Source: Methanothrix sp. (lineage in GTDB: Archaea; Halobacteriota; Methanosarcinia; Methanotrichales; Methanotrichaceae). Taken from it: DNA of 61,803 nt. This document shows, piece by piece, positions 51,499 through 61,740 of this stretch. The stretch spans positions 1 to 61,803 of the forward strand of contig DATLBD010000141.1 of the NCBI GenBank assembly GCA_035527135.1, in the 5' to 3' direction. The notes beneath the pieces are model-generated. The model had not been told where the DNA came from and made no database searches. It saw nothing but the letters and a program-made list of their open reading frames with translations. A program made the position numbers and the translations under genes. Position 1 is the first letter of the stretch, and every line of letters starts with the position of its first letter.

Positions 51499-52854
51499 AT
51501 GGCAAGACTTATCAAGCTGCATGAAATCGAGGAATTTTCAGAAGTCAAAGCTATTCCAGATGACACAGTTACCTCACAGATTATTTCCAATATTCGCTGC
51601 CTTGATGAGAAATCTGAGCTTGAACCTTTTATCAGAAATATAATACACGATCCTAATAGTACGCCGCATGGACCGACTGAAATTGCGGATATAATTACGA
51701 CTCATGTACAGATCAGAGGCGAAAAACAACTGGCAGCATTTATTTTAAAAGGAAAAAGTTTTGATAGAGTTTCTAGCAAAATAGTTGTGCATCAATTTGC
51801 AAAAGTGAGGCAGATCAGGGGCCTAAATTTAATGGTCTTTTTAGCTGTTGGAGATATTCAAGATGATGCACAAAGAGACTTTGTGCAAGCTGCAATTGAT
51901 GCCAATTCTAATTATATAATAATTGATGCACACGATTTGGCTCGCCTGCTTATTGGCTATGAGATGATATGTCCTAAGGATGGAACACCCTTTGATGATC
52001 AGGGAAATTGCAGAAATGGTCACATCCGTGATGAGGGTTTAAAGCTCGAATTAAATGTTAGAGAAAAAGCTCGTTATATCATTTATAGTCAGAAAGATGT
52101 GAGCGTTGGAGGCGCGAAGAGATACAGCGCGATTGTTCTTCTTGATCCTCATTATGCTAAAGACATAAAAAGAAATATAATTAGAGAAGCAACAGAGAAA
52201 ATAAAAAATAGTAACTATTATCGTAATGAAAGAACCAAGATAAGATGGGGAAAATCCAAAGCTCACGTGGTATGGCTATTTGTTGCATGCGATATGGAAG
52301 ACATAAAAAATGCCAACTGGTTTTGCCAATCTTGTTGGATGGATCGTTCTTCGAAGAATAACATAATACTCCCACAGCCACTGAATGGGAATGACAAATA
52401 TGAAGATATAGATATCCATTGGAATGATGATTATAAATCTATTAAAGATTTTATGGAATCAATAACAGGAACCAAAGAAGATGTACTTGGACAAATTGAT
52501 TCAATATTACAGGACATGATATGTTTGGCGAAGGGTTGTATTGAAGATTTTGATAATTACATTGCAGGATACGTCTCTGAAGAAGATTTTTTATTAAAAA
52601 TGCATGACGCAGAGCCGAAAATAAGAAGCTTGTATCTTAAAGCAGGCAATATTCCGTTGCCACCGATCGATTGTAGCAGTTACAATCAAGCATGTCAAAA
52701 TATGTTCGCCAATATAGATAATATGACTTTATTTTTTTCAGCAAGAGGACTCGAAACATGGGACCAACCAACGAGAAAAATTCTCATGAAAACTGCCATA
52801 CAAGATTTTTATAAAAATATAAAAAGAACTGAATTGGAGAAAGATAAAATTTAA
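51499..52854 (+). CDS. AT-rich hypothetical protein, putative restriction-endonuclease-like N-terminal domain
   Basis: HGPTEIADI..AAFILKGK..Q pattern resembles PD-(D/E)xK nucleases; composition visibly more AT-rich than neighbours. Confidence 0.6.
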   Translation: MARLIKLHEIEEFSEVKAIPDDTVTSQIISNIRCLDEKSELEPFIRNIIHDPNSTPHGPTEIADIITTHVQIRGEKQLAAFILKGKSFDRVSSKIVVHQFAKVRQIRGLNLMVFLAVGDIQDDAQRDFVQAAIDANSNYIIIDAHDLARLLIGYEMICPKDGTPFDDQGNCRNGHIRDEGLKLELNVREKARYIIYSQKDVSVGGAKRYSAIVLLDPHYAKDIKRNIIREATEKIKNSNYYRNERTKIRWGKSKAHVVWLFVACDMEDIKNANWFCQSCWMDRSSKNNIILPQPLNGNDKYEDIDIHWNDDYKSIKDFMESITGTKEDVLGQIDSILQDMICLAKGCIEDFDNYIAGYVSEEDFLLKMHDAEPKIRSLYLKAGNIPLPPIDCSSYNQACQNMFANIDNMTLFFSARGLETWDQPTRKILMKTAIQDFYKNIKRTELEKDKI

Positions 52855-52921
52855 TTACTTAAAATAGGCCACAAAAGGTACAACCCTGTGCGCTCTGTCC
52901 CCCCTTCGCATGATAGCGCAA

Positions 52922-53530
52922 TCAACCTTCGCCCAGAAAGTCCTCTAGAGTCGCATTTCTCTTGTTTTGCACCAGCCGCAGCCCCGCTGCCTCCTGATCT
53001 CTTCTTGGCATTTGCCGGCGAAATGCAGCTAGGTTCTTTCTCTCCGGGCAGTACTGGCTGTCGTAGTAGACCTGCCAGAGGCACTCCACATTGGCGCTAT
53101 CCTCGCTGCAATGCAAGGCTGACTTCAGCCTCTCCAAAGTTTCGGTCATCCCTCCACCATGATCTCGCCAGATCCTGCCCTCCCGGCAAAGCGAGATCCA
53201 GCTCTCGCTGCCGTTTCCCAGCACTATTATTATCCCGGCGTTTCTGCGGGAGAAGTGATCGCAGATATTCTCACCAATTCTGTTTCTGGGCTTGAAAAAT
53301 CCGTAAAGCACTCGTGTGCCCAGGGGCTGTAATCTCACAAATGCCTTCATCCTGTGCACCTCGCCCATAACGGCATAGACCATCTTTTTTATGCGGGCAA
53401 CTTCGGGATGAAGGGAGACTTCCACTTCCCCAGCCTTGAGCTGCCCGGCCCTGGCAAGAAGCCTCTCATTGCAGTCCCGGTGCAATGAGAGATCGTAGAG
53501 GAAGTTTTCCGGAACTTTCAAGCCTGCCAC
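52922..53530 (-). CDS. DUF4130 / TIGR03915-type DNA metabolism protein
   Basis: EVHRMKAFVRL, HFSRR, LWQVYYDS..PER..MPR; overlaps the radical SAM gene. Confidence 0.85.
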   Translation of the reverse strand: MAGLKVPENFLYDLSLHRDCNERLLARAGQLKAGEVEVSLHPEVARIKKMVYAVMGEVHRMKAFVRLQPLGTRVLYGFFKPRNRIGENICDHFSRRNAGIIIVLGNGSESWISLCREGRIWRDHGGGMTETLERLKSALHCSEDSANVECLWQVYYDSQYCPERKNLAAFRRQMPRRDQEAAGLRLVQNKRNATLEDFLGEG

Positions 53531-54705
53531 ATCTCCAAAGTAGTATCTCTCCAGCCGTTGATCTTCAGAAATGGCGCCGCTCTTTTGATCCTGACGCCCA
53601 TTGCTGCCAGCTCCGCCCTGGCCGCAATTGGCTGCCTTTTCCGGAAAGCCACAATCCTTTGCGCGCTCCGAGGCCCAATGCCCGGCACTCTCAGCAGCTG
53701 CCTAAATGGGGCCGTATTTGGGTCCACGGGCCCGTCCATGAACTCCCTGGCAATGGCCATCTTTGGATCGGCATTTGAGAGAAAGCCGTTCTCGTTAAAG
53801 GCGTGGCTGATCTCGCCGGGCTGGAAATGGTAGACCCGAAAGAGCCAGTCCATCTGATAGAGGCGGTGCTCTCTCCACAGCGGCTGGCCCTCTCTGTTCT
53901 CAAAGGGCGTGCCCCGCTGCGGGGAAAAAGCGCTGTAGTAAGCTCTTCGCACTCCAATCTCTTTGTACTCATAAAGCACTCTTTTGAAGATCTCCTCATC
54001 GCTCTCTCCGGCTGCACCTACCACAAGCTGGGTGGTCTGGCCGGCGGGCAAAACGTTCTTGGTCGTCAGGTCTCGAATATACCTCTGCCTTTGCAGGATA
54101 TCGCTCTCGTAGTTCTTGGTGGCGCAGATCTCACTCATGTGCGAGGCGGATGCAGCCTCTAAATTTATGCTGACTCGATCTGCCAATGCCATGGCTTCCT
54201 GGATGTGGGCCCGGGTGGAGCCGGGCAAAACCTTGAGATGAATGTATCCGGAAAAGGCGTGCTTCTGGCGAAGCAGCCTGGCTGTTTCTACCATCTTTTC
54301 CATGACGGTGTCCTCATCTCGGCCCGCGCCGGAGCTGAGAAAGAGCCCTTCAATATAATTCGACCGGTAAAGGGAGAGGGTGATATTGGCCAGCTCTTCC
54401 GGGGTATAGGAGAAGGCTCTCACTTTGCGGCTGCAGTTTGCAGCATTGGTGCAATAGCTGCACTGATGGGTGCAGTGATTGGTGTAAAGGGTCTTGAAGA
54501 GGCTGACGCATCTGCCGTCCTGGGTGAAGGCGTGACAAATTCCGGGCAGTGGGATCTCACGAGGGGAGAAAGTGGACGCGCAGACGTCATGCCTGGTGCC
54601 CTCTCCCAGAGTGCTGAGCTTCTCGGCATTCACTCCCCCGGTCGGGCCCATGGTGTCGAATCTGCACTCCTCTGCCAGGTGGGCGATCTTCTCCAGGGTG
54701 ACCAT
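53518..54705 (-). CDS. putative DNA modification/repair radical SAM protein (TIGR03916-type) with HhH
   Basis: GICH..DGRCVSLFK, CTHQCSYC, GLFLSS, REHRLYQ.DWL, LLRVPGIG. Confidence 0.92.
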   Translation of the reverse strand: MVTLEKIAHLAEECRFDTMGPTGGVNAEKLSTLGEGTRHDVCASTFSPREIPLPGICHAFTQDGRCVSLFKTLYTNHCTHQCSYCTNAANCSRKVRAFSYTPEELANITLSLYRSNYIEGLFLSSGAGRDEDTVMEKMVETARLLRQKHAFSGYIHLKVLPGSTRAHIQEAMALADRVSINLEAASASHMSEICATKNYESDILQRQRYIRDLTTKNVLPAGQTTQLVVGAAGESDEEIFKRVLYEYKEIGVRRAYYSAFSPQRGTPFENREGQPLWREHRLYQMDWLFRVYHFQPGEISHAFNENGFLSNADPKMAIAREFMDGPVDPNTAPFRQLLRVPGIGPRSAQRIVAFRKRQPIAARAELAAMGVRIKRAAPFLKINGWRDTTLEMWQA

Positions 54706-54848
54706 TGGGATTATACGGGAACTTATGGATTATAACCAATATGCAAGCGGGGCGAAAGTGATCTGCATTCATCTCTCTGCATCTTCTCTTCGAAATCCTT
54801 AACATGTTGCAGGTGCATAAATTATGTACCGGCAGAGCGGAGAAGATT

Positions 54849-55295
54849 ATGGACCCGAAAATTATGATGGAGAGAATCGGGCAGATAATAAGCAATTATC
54901 CCGAGGTGCAGACTGCCTATATCTTTGGCTCATTTCTGGAGAGAGAAGATTTCCGAGACATAGATATTGCCCTGCTTCTCTCTGAGAATCTTTCTTCATA
55001 TAGAGCCCTCAAACTGGCCCTGCACATCGGCAGCGATCTGGATCTAGGGATCAAGCCAGGCCGTGACTTCGATGTGAGAATTCTAAATAATGCACATCCA
55101 GAATTCCAGTATGAAGTGGTTAAGAATGGACGATCTGTTTTCTCCCGAAACAAACAGGAACAGTATGACTTTGAGGCAGAAGTGATATCTACTTACCTGG
55201 ACCTTAAAGAGATGTACGATTCATACGACAGGAAATACCTGGCGAGGGCGCAAATGGGATCAAAACCGCACCACTTCTCTTGTGGAGGAAAATAA
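54849..55295 (+). CDS. minimal nucleotidyltransferase (MntA-like antitoxin), no HEPN partner adjacent
   Basis: YIFGS..DIDIA, DVRILN.A...FQYEV. Confidence 0.85.
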   Translation: MDPKIMMERIGQIISNYPEVQTAYIFGSFLEREDFRDIDIALLLSENLSSYRALKLALHIGSDLDLGIKPGRDFDVRILNNAHPEFQYEVVKNGRSVFSRNKQEQYDFEAEVISTYLDLKEMYDSYDRKYLARAQMGSKPHHFSCGGK

Positions 55296-55790
55296 ATGTC
55301 AGAAGATGTCTTCAAGATGCCCCGTATGGGAAAGGCGGAGTACGACCGGCTGGTGGAGGAGCAATATGTCTGCCGCATTGCTTTCAAGGGGGAGACGCAT
55401 CCTTACATCGCCCCGTTTCTTTATGTGTTTGATGGCAGGTTCATGTACTTTTTATCCACCAATTACGGCAAAAAGGTGCAGTACTTCCGGGACAATCCCG
55501 TTGTGACTGTGGAGATAGAGCACTACTCTCCCGATCTGTCCGCATTCAGCTTTGTGGCCCTGCCCGGGCGGCTGGTGCAGGTTGAGGATGCCGGGGAAAA
55601 AAAGGCGGTGCGAGAGCGGTTTGTGCATCTGATCAAGAGCAAAGCTCTCTCTTCCAATGTCCTCTCCGCTCTGGGCCATTCGCCGGAAGAGTCGGTGGAG
55701 GTCTTGCTGGCAGGAGAGAAGAGCTCTGTCTGGAAGCTGGTGGGCGTCAAGGTTGACGAGATCTTGGGGCTGAAGAGCCATAGCCTTTAG
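55296..55790 (+). CDS. pyridoxamine 5'-phosphate oxidase-like FMN-binding protein
   Basis: CRIAF..PYIAP..Y..GKK..DNP.VTVE split-barrel pattern. Confidence 0.85.
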   Translation: MSEDVFKMPRMGKAEYDRLVEEQYVCRIAFKGETHPYIAPFLYVFDGRFMYFLSTNYGKKVQYFRDNPVVTVEIEHYSPDLSAFSFVALPGRLVQVEDAGEKKAVRERFVHLIKSKALSSNVLSALGHSPEESVEVLLAGEKSSVWKLVGVKVDEILGLKSHSL

Positions 55791-55799
55791 CTCCAGGCA

Positions 55800-56260
55800 A
55801 TTTTTGGCCGTTGACCTGGCGGATGCCTATTTGCCTACAGCCCGCGTTCTCTCTGATCTTTATCCCTGGACAATCCAAACCTTTCGATTTCACAAATTCA
55901 AATGTGTCATTTATGTCGTATGCGCCATCCGCCAAAACCTCCTCAATATTGACGGTTTCAACAAAGGGCGCAAAAGCTCGCTATCCGATGTGTTTTCTTC
56001 TGTAACTTGTAGTGACATTAATCTCTTTGATTCAACATCGACTGCCACATGGACTTTAAGCCTCCTCTGCGCTGCTTTCCATGCTTCTCGCGCATCTAAT
56101 CCCCTCTATTGTTACCTCTATCCCCGTTGAATCAACTGCAACAACTGCATCATTCTAATGTATCTCTATCCCAAGATTTTATGCTTAGAGATATGCTTAT
56201 GGTGTGTGGTGTAATCAGCCGCCACTAATCCAGGTCCATAGACGGAAATCCGTCCAATCA
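55800..56260 (-). mobile_element. IS5-family (IS903-like) transposase pseudogene
   Basis: Fragments across frames on the minus strand: ADYTT, VVAVDSTGIEVT, LKVHVAVDVES, SDSELLRPLL, ADGAYD..GIKIRENA. Confidence 0.8.
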
Positions 56261-56660
56261 ACTCCTCTAACTGACGATATGGCATCAAAAAAAGAAGTAT
56301 ATTATTAAAATATACGCTATAAAAATATTTTGCTATTTGTAAGGGAACCTCGTTTCCGCCTATTCATCTCTTTTAACTAGCGTCTCCCAATTTTTCATAT
56401 AACTCAAATCAAGATAGAAATTCGCCTCTTCGAACGAGTTTGGCATTGTATTCAGGCCAACCTCTTATATCAATATATTAATGATAGTAACGATATATTT
56501 TTACTATAAAAGTTTATGCAACACGCACCGTTTGCCGAAAAAAATGATGAAAATATCTCAAATAAGGATCATAATTATTTCAGCTTTGACAGAAGAGATT
56601 TTATGCTTTGATTCGAATATGGACAAAAATAGAATTCTAGCCGATAAAAAGGGAGGCCGA

Positions 56661-59591
56661 ATGAGAAAGACCCAGCAACAGACAGCTCTGCTAGCTATTG
56701 TTTTATTGCTGATCTGGTGGCAGGCAGGCCTTTGGTATCAGGCCCAGCTTATAACTGATGAGCGGGCGCGGGTTGCCGGCCAAATCGATCCACACGGCAA
56801 CTCTTTAGCAATGGCCATTTCTCAGCGTCTGGAAATGCTGGATGGCCTGCATGCCTTCGTCCAGGCGGAGATCGAATCATCCAAGCCCGCTTTGGATGAA
56901 AAGTTCGAATGCTTCTCAGCCCAAGTTTACTCCGGCACCAACGGCATTTCTAATCTTGCCATAGCACCAAATGGTGTCTTTGCGTATGTCTATCCTGCCA
57001 GGGCCAATGAAGCCATGATCGGACGAAGCCTTTTCCAGGAACTTTCCCCCGGCTTTCGGGAGGACGTGCAAAGAGCCATTGACACTCATCGCCCGGTTAT
57101 CACCAATCCTCATGAGATGAAGAGAGGCGGCCTTGGCATGGTTGCCAGGAAAGCCGTCTATAAGAATGAGACATTCTGGGGAATCATTTCTATAACCATC
57201 GACATCCCGTCGGTCCTGCAAGCGGCAGGATTGAACCATACCTCAAGCGGCCTGGATATGGCATTAAGAGATAGCAGCGGACAAGCATTCTTTGGCGAAA
57301 GCCGCGTATTCCAATCCGAACCGGAGGTCTATAGAATAGAGCTGCCCGATAGCTACTGGGAGCTGGCAGGAGCACCCCGGGGAGGGTGGATTAACTCAGT
57401 GCAAGTGCCGCTGAGAATCGCCCAAATGGCAGGACTGATAATTATTGGACTTCTAATCAGCCTGTTTTACCTGGCTGCCAGCAGACAGGAATTCTTGAAC
57501 CAGATGGTAATAAAAAAAACAGCTGATCTGAATAAAGAGCTGACCGAACGCAAGCGTGCTGAAAAGGCTCTGCAGGAGAGTGAGCTATATTTAAGAGCCA
57601 TATTTGAAGCGACTAAGGATGTATCATTTATCATTGCTGATGCCAGGAATCAGGACCCCCTCATCCTTGAGTTTTCCCCGGGAGCTGAGAAGATCTTCGG
57701 TTACCGGCGCGAGGAGGTTTTGGGAAAGCCGGTTTCATTGCTGCTTCTTCCCGAGGACCGCGATAGATTAGATGAAGCTTATCGCCGCATGAAAGAAGAA
57801 ATCACACTGTCAGGATTTATAACTTTAGTGAGGCGCTCCCTAGAGAAATTTCCGGCAATGTTCTCCATATATCCTCTGCTCGATGAGTCGGGTGAGATTT
57901 ATGCAGCTCTTGGCGTCTGCATAGATATCACCGAGCAAAAGAAGATGGAGAAGGAACTGGTCCGGGCCAGGAACGCAGCAGAGGCTTCGGCAAGGGCGAA
58001 GGCCGAGTTTACTGCCAATGTAAGCCATGAGATGAGAACGCCCCTTAATGCCGTCATAGGGATGACGGACCTTCTCTTAGAAAGCGATCTTGACCCGATA
58101 AAGAGAGATTATGTGGGGACCATTCGCAGCAGTGGCCTTTCCCTGCTGGCCATCATCAACGAGATACTGGACTTCTCCAAGATCGATGCCAGAAAGATGG
58201 ATATTGAGCATCTGCCATTCGATTTGCAGGAAGTCCTGGAGACATCCCTCGATCAGGTTGCCGCCCGAGCCGATGAGAAACGCCTGGAGCTGGCTTATGT
58301 TCTGGCAAGCGATGTACCACAGAAAATGGTAGGCGATGCCCAGCGGCTGGGGCAGATTCTTGTGAACCTTCTCAGCAACGCCATCAAGTTCACTGAATCG
58401 GGAGAGGTCACAGTCTTCGTTACAATCGAGAAAAAAGAAAACATATCTAACGGTGTATCTAATGGCGCGAGCGAGGGCAATGGACTGGATTATCATTTCA
58501 TAGTCAGCGATACCGGGATAGGCATCCCAGAGGATCGCATGTCGCGCCTTTTTGTCCCCTTTAGCCAGGTAGATACATCACTCGCCCGCAAGTACGACGG
58601 AACTGGTCTAGGGCTGGCCATCAGCAGCAAACTGGTCCAGCTGATGGGCGGTCGAATCTGGGCGAAGAGCAAAATCGGCGAAGGATCTCAATTTCATTTC
58701 ATCATTCCGGCAATACCTGCGATTGATGCCAATTTACCTGAAAAAAGCACAGCCATCGTTGCCGGCACTGCCATAAACCGAGATGTTGGGGATGCTGGGA
58801 GGTATTCCATATTGAGAGGCAAGAAGGCACTGATTGCGGTCGGAAAAGAGGCCAGCCGTGAGATGCTTGCCAGTCACCTTCACTCTTTTGCCATGGCCTC
58901 AGCGAAAGCAGGCTCCGGCTTGGATGCCATCAAGCTGCTGGACCGGGACAGGTACGATGTAATCATAACTGATGTCGATATCCCAAAATGGCCCCTTCTG
59001 GGGGAAAGATTGCGCCGGCCGGATCTGCAATCGCTGCCCGTGATAGAGGTCGCATTTTTAGGCCAGAAGGCTGGAACCACTGAGGCAAAAATCAAGGCCT
59101 TTTTAACCAAGCCGGTCAGAGAAGCGCAGCTTGGCAGTGCATTGCTGCGCATTTTTGGGGATAAGGAAAAATCATTAGAGACAGAGACAGAAACTGCTTT
59201 GCCATCCAAGGGATACCTGGATTTTCGCATTCTTCTGGCAGAGGACAATCCAGTCAACCAAAAAGTAGCATTAGCCATGCTCAAGCATCTGGGGTATAAG
59301 GCCGATTTGGCCGCCAATGGCAAGGAAGTGCTGAATAGTCTAGAGCAAAAACCCTATGATGTGATCCTCATGGACATCCAGATGCCGGAAATGGACGGGC
59401 TGGAGGCTACAAAATTCATTCGTAGTAGCTTGCCTGCTGCCGGACAGCCCAAGATAATCGCCATGACCGCCTATACCCTGCAGGGAGATCGGGAGCGGTG
59501 CATTGCCGCCGGAATGGATGAATACATCAGCAAGCCAGTGAAGATGGAGGAGCTGAGAGATGCTCTACAGAGGGTGGTTAAATCCGGTTAA
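56661..59591 (+). CDS. hybrid sensor histidine kinase (CHASE, PAS, HisKA, HATPase, receiver domains)
   Basis: Two TMs around a CHASE-like domain, SHEMRTPLN, NLLSNAIKFT, DTGIG, GTGLGL, C-terminal REC (AEDN, MDIQMP, KP); ATG after GGAGG. Confidence 0.93.
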   Translation: MRKTQQQTALLAIVLLLIWWQAGLWYQAQLITDERARVAGQIDPHGNSLAMAISQRLEMLDGLHAFVQAEIESSKPALDEKFECFSAQVYSGTNGISNLAIAPNGVFAYVYPARANEAMIGRSLFQELSPGFREDVQRAIDTHRPVITNPHEMKRGGLGMVARKAVYKNETFWGIISITIDIPSVLQAAGLNHTSSGLDMALRDSSGQAFFGESRVFQSEPEVYRIELPDSYWELAGAPRGGWINSVQVPLRIAQMAGLIIIGLLISLFYLAASRQEFLNQMVIKKTADLNKELTERKRAEKALQESELYLRAIFEATKDVSFIIADARNQDPLILEFSPGAEKIFGYRREEVLGKPVSLLLLPEDRDRLDEAYRRMKEEITLSGFITLVRRSLEKFPAMFSIYPLLDESGEIYAALGVCIDITEQKKMEKELVRARNAAEASARAKAEFTANVSHEMRTPLNAVIGMTDLLLESDLDPIKRDYVGTIRSSGLSLLAIINEILDFSKIDARKMDIEHLPFDLQEVLETSLDQVAARADEKRLELAYVLASDVPQKMVGDAQRLGQILVNLLSNAIKFTESGEVTVFVTIEKKENISNGVSNGASEGNGLDYHFIVSDTGIGIPEDRMSRLFVPFSQVDTSLARKYDGTGLGLAISSKLVQLMGGRIWAKSKIGEGSQFHFIIPAIPAIDANLPEKSTAIVAGTAINRDVGDAGRYSILRGKKALIAVGKEASREMLASHLHSFAMASAKAGSGLDAIKLLDRDRYDVIITDVDIPKWPLLGERLRRPDLQSLPVIEVAFLGQKAGTTEAKIKAFLTKPVREAQLGSALLRIFGDKEKSLETETETALPSKGYLDFRILLAEDNPVNQKVALAMLKHLGYKADLAANGKEVLNSLEQKPYDVILMDIQMPEMDGLEATKFIRSSLPAAGQPKIIAMTAYTLQGDRERCIAAGMDEYISKPVKMEELRDALQRVVKSG

Positions 59592-59593
59592 AA

Positions 59594-60838
59594 TTACTTT
59601 GATACGGCCAACGTCAGATTCCCATGAGGCATGACCAGCATGCGTGCATCCCTGCCCTGCTGCGCCCTGGCCAGCTCAAGAGCCTGCTCAAGAGTTGCCG
59701 CAGGAGTCATGAAGCACATCTCTGCCCATTCTTTGGGAAGAGTGGAGACCAGGATCAGGTGATGCTCCAGGGACTCCTTAGCCAGGAAGGCGGCCTTGTG
59801 TCCGCCGAACTCGTACTCCCGGCCGAAGCGCTCCCAGCAATCCTCAGCAGATGTCGCTTCCTTTGCCCAGCGCTCGAAGACAGGATGGCCCAGCCCCTCA
59901 CAGCACTCCGCCACCAGGATGATGCTTCCACCCGGCAGTGCAGCATTCTTAGCATTGTCCAGCGCTTTTTGAGCCTGGAAGAGGTTGATGTCTTTTGGCC
60001 TGCCGCCGGCACAGGTTACAACGATCTCTGCCGGCTGGACGGGGCGACGGTACATGCGATCCACGCTAGCAGCTCCGATGCGATGCGCAGAGATAAAGTC
60101 GCCTGCAACCGACTGCACGATCTCTTTTTTGCCATTGAGCACGACATTCAAAATGAAATCAAGTCCTGCAATCCCGGCGGCATCCTCCATGTCCTGGCGT
60201 ACGGGACTATCCAGCCTCCCGGTAATTGAGAGCGGATCTCTCATCAGCTCGTGGTTCTTTATCACAGATCGCTCCGAGCTGACTCCAGGCAGGACGGCCT
60301 TGGCTCCGCCGCTGTAGCCGGCATAATAATGATATTCGATATTTCCTGTGGCCACGATGAGATCCGAGGAGGCGACGCTCTCCAGGATCTCAACGGGCGT
60401 TCCCCGCCGCGTCTCGCCCAGAGATACGCAGGCTTGAGGATCGTGCTGCATGTAGGGCAAGATCGTGCAGTCCCGCAAAAGCAAGCGCTCTTCCCCAGCC
60501 GTCATCCTGCGGTGCGTGCCCAGAGCAAAGACGATTTTCAGATCTGTAATGCCCAGGCCCTTGAGCCTGCGGATGAGAGGAGGAAGCATGAGGTGGCTGG
60601 GGGCGGGCCGGGTGATGTCGCTGACCAGGATAGAGGCCGATTTGCAGCCTGCAAAATCATCCAGACTTCTTCCCTCGGCATGATCTATCGATCTGTCAAT
60701 CTCGCCAGGGAGCGAGGCAGGAAGCTCCTCTGCCAGCACAACTTCGGCTCCTCGGGTACTCTCGCCGATCATCAGATCCAGGCATCCCTGACCATAGCTT
60801 AGCTTAATTTCGTTATTTTCTGATTTCATGAGCCTCAT
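59594..60838 (-). CDS. nickel-pincer-dependent lactate racemase (LarA) family protein
   Basis: VSDITRP, ALGTHR, HYYAGYSGGAKAVLPG, NH, DINLFQAQK. Confidence 0.9.
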   Translation of the reverse strand: MRLMKSENNEIKLSYGQGCLDLMIGESTRGAEVVLAEELPASLPGEIDRSIDHAEGRSLDDFAGCKSASILVSDITRPAPSHLMLPPLIRRLKGLGITDLKIVFALGTHRRMTAGEERLLLRDCTILPYMQHDPQACVSLGETRRGTPVEILESVASSDLIVATGNIEYHYYAGYSGGAKAVLPGVSSERSVIKNHELMRDPLSITGRLDSPVRQDMEDAAGIAGLDFILNVVLNGKKEIVQSVAGDFISAHRIGAASVDRMYRRPVQPAEIVVTCAGGRPKDINLFQAQKALDNAKNAALPGGSIILVAECCEGLGHPVFERWAKEATSAEDCWERFGREYEFGGHKAAFLAKESLEHHLILVSTLPKEWAEMCFMTPAATLEQALELARAQQGRDARMLVMPHGNLTLAVSK

Positions 60839-60844
60839 TCTCGA

Positions 60845-61702
60845 TTATGTCTTCCAGATCACAGCGCGGCTTAGCATCTCGGAAAAGGCCTCGAAGATGG
60901 GCTTGTCCGTTTCAATGAGGAAGTAGTCAGCGCCAACCTGGCTGCATGCCGCTCTGATGCGATCATTATGCTCCGCCATGCGTCTCATATACTCCTGCCG
61001 CTCTCCTTCCGTTACGCGGGTGATAAGAGGCTGGCCGCTCTCCAGATCCACGAACTTCATATCGCCTCCGAAACGTAGCTGCGTCTCTTCTGGTGCCAAT
61101 ACTTGAATTACCACCAGCTCATGCCCGGATAGTCGATAGATGCTGGACAGGACATCATCCGTCTCACCCAGGAGATCGGATATCAAGACCACCAGGCTTG
61201 TAGTCTTGAGAAGTGCTTCCAATTGATCTGCGATGGCGAGCAGGTTCGTGCCGCCCCGGGGAGCGGTCTCATCCAGCTCAACGATTGATTGAAAGAGATT
61301 TCTTCTTCCCCGCTTGGGCTCACCTGGATAGAGCTTCTTGCAGAAGAGCGATATGGCATATTTCTCATTTTCCATGGTGGCGAGATAGGCAAAGCCGGCT
61401 GCAAGGCGCGATGCATAGGCGAACTTTCCTTCATAGCTCATGCTGGCGCTGCCGTCTAAAAGGATGTGCACCACGAGGCTTCTCTCCTCCTCGTGCTCCC
61501 GGATGTAGAGCTTCTCGGTTCGCCCGTAGACTTTCCAGTCCACCAGCTTGAAGTCGTCTCCTTTGCGGTACTCCCGGTAGCCGACTGGGCTGATGCCGTG
61601 TCCTAAGCGCAGGGACTTTCTGCCTCCGCTGTAGGCGGTCGACACCCGCTTTTTGACAAGCAGGGAGAACTTCTCCAGCTCTTTGAAGAACTCTGTATCC
61701 AT
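60845..61702 (-). CDS. DUF58 (VWA-associated) protein
   Basis: YREYRKGDD..DWK.YGR, LDGSASM, LISDL. Confidence 0.9.
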   Translation of the reverse strand: MDTEFFKELEKFSLLVKKRVSTAYSGGRKSLRLGHGISPVGYREYRKGDDFKLVDWKVYGRTEKLYIREHEEERSLVVHILLDGSASMSYEGKFAYASRLAAGFAYLATMENEKYAISLFCKKLYPGEPKRGRRNLFQSIVELDETAPRGGTNLLAIADQLEALLKTTSLVVLISDLLGETDDVLSSIYRLSGHELVVIQVLAPEETQLRFGGDMKFVDLESGQPLITRVTEGERQEYMRRMAEHNDRIRAACSQVGADYFLIETDKPIFEAFSEMLSRAVIWKT

Positions 61703-61740
61703 GATTTGTCCTGAAGACCTAAGACTTAAAGATGCACTTT

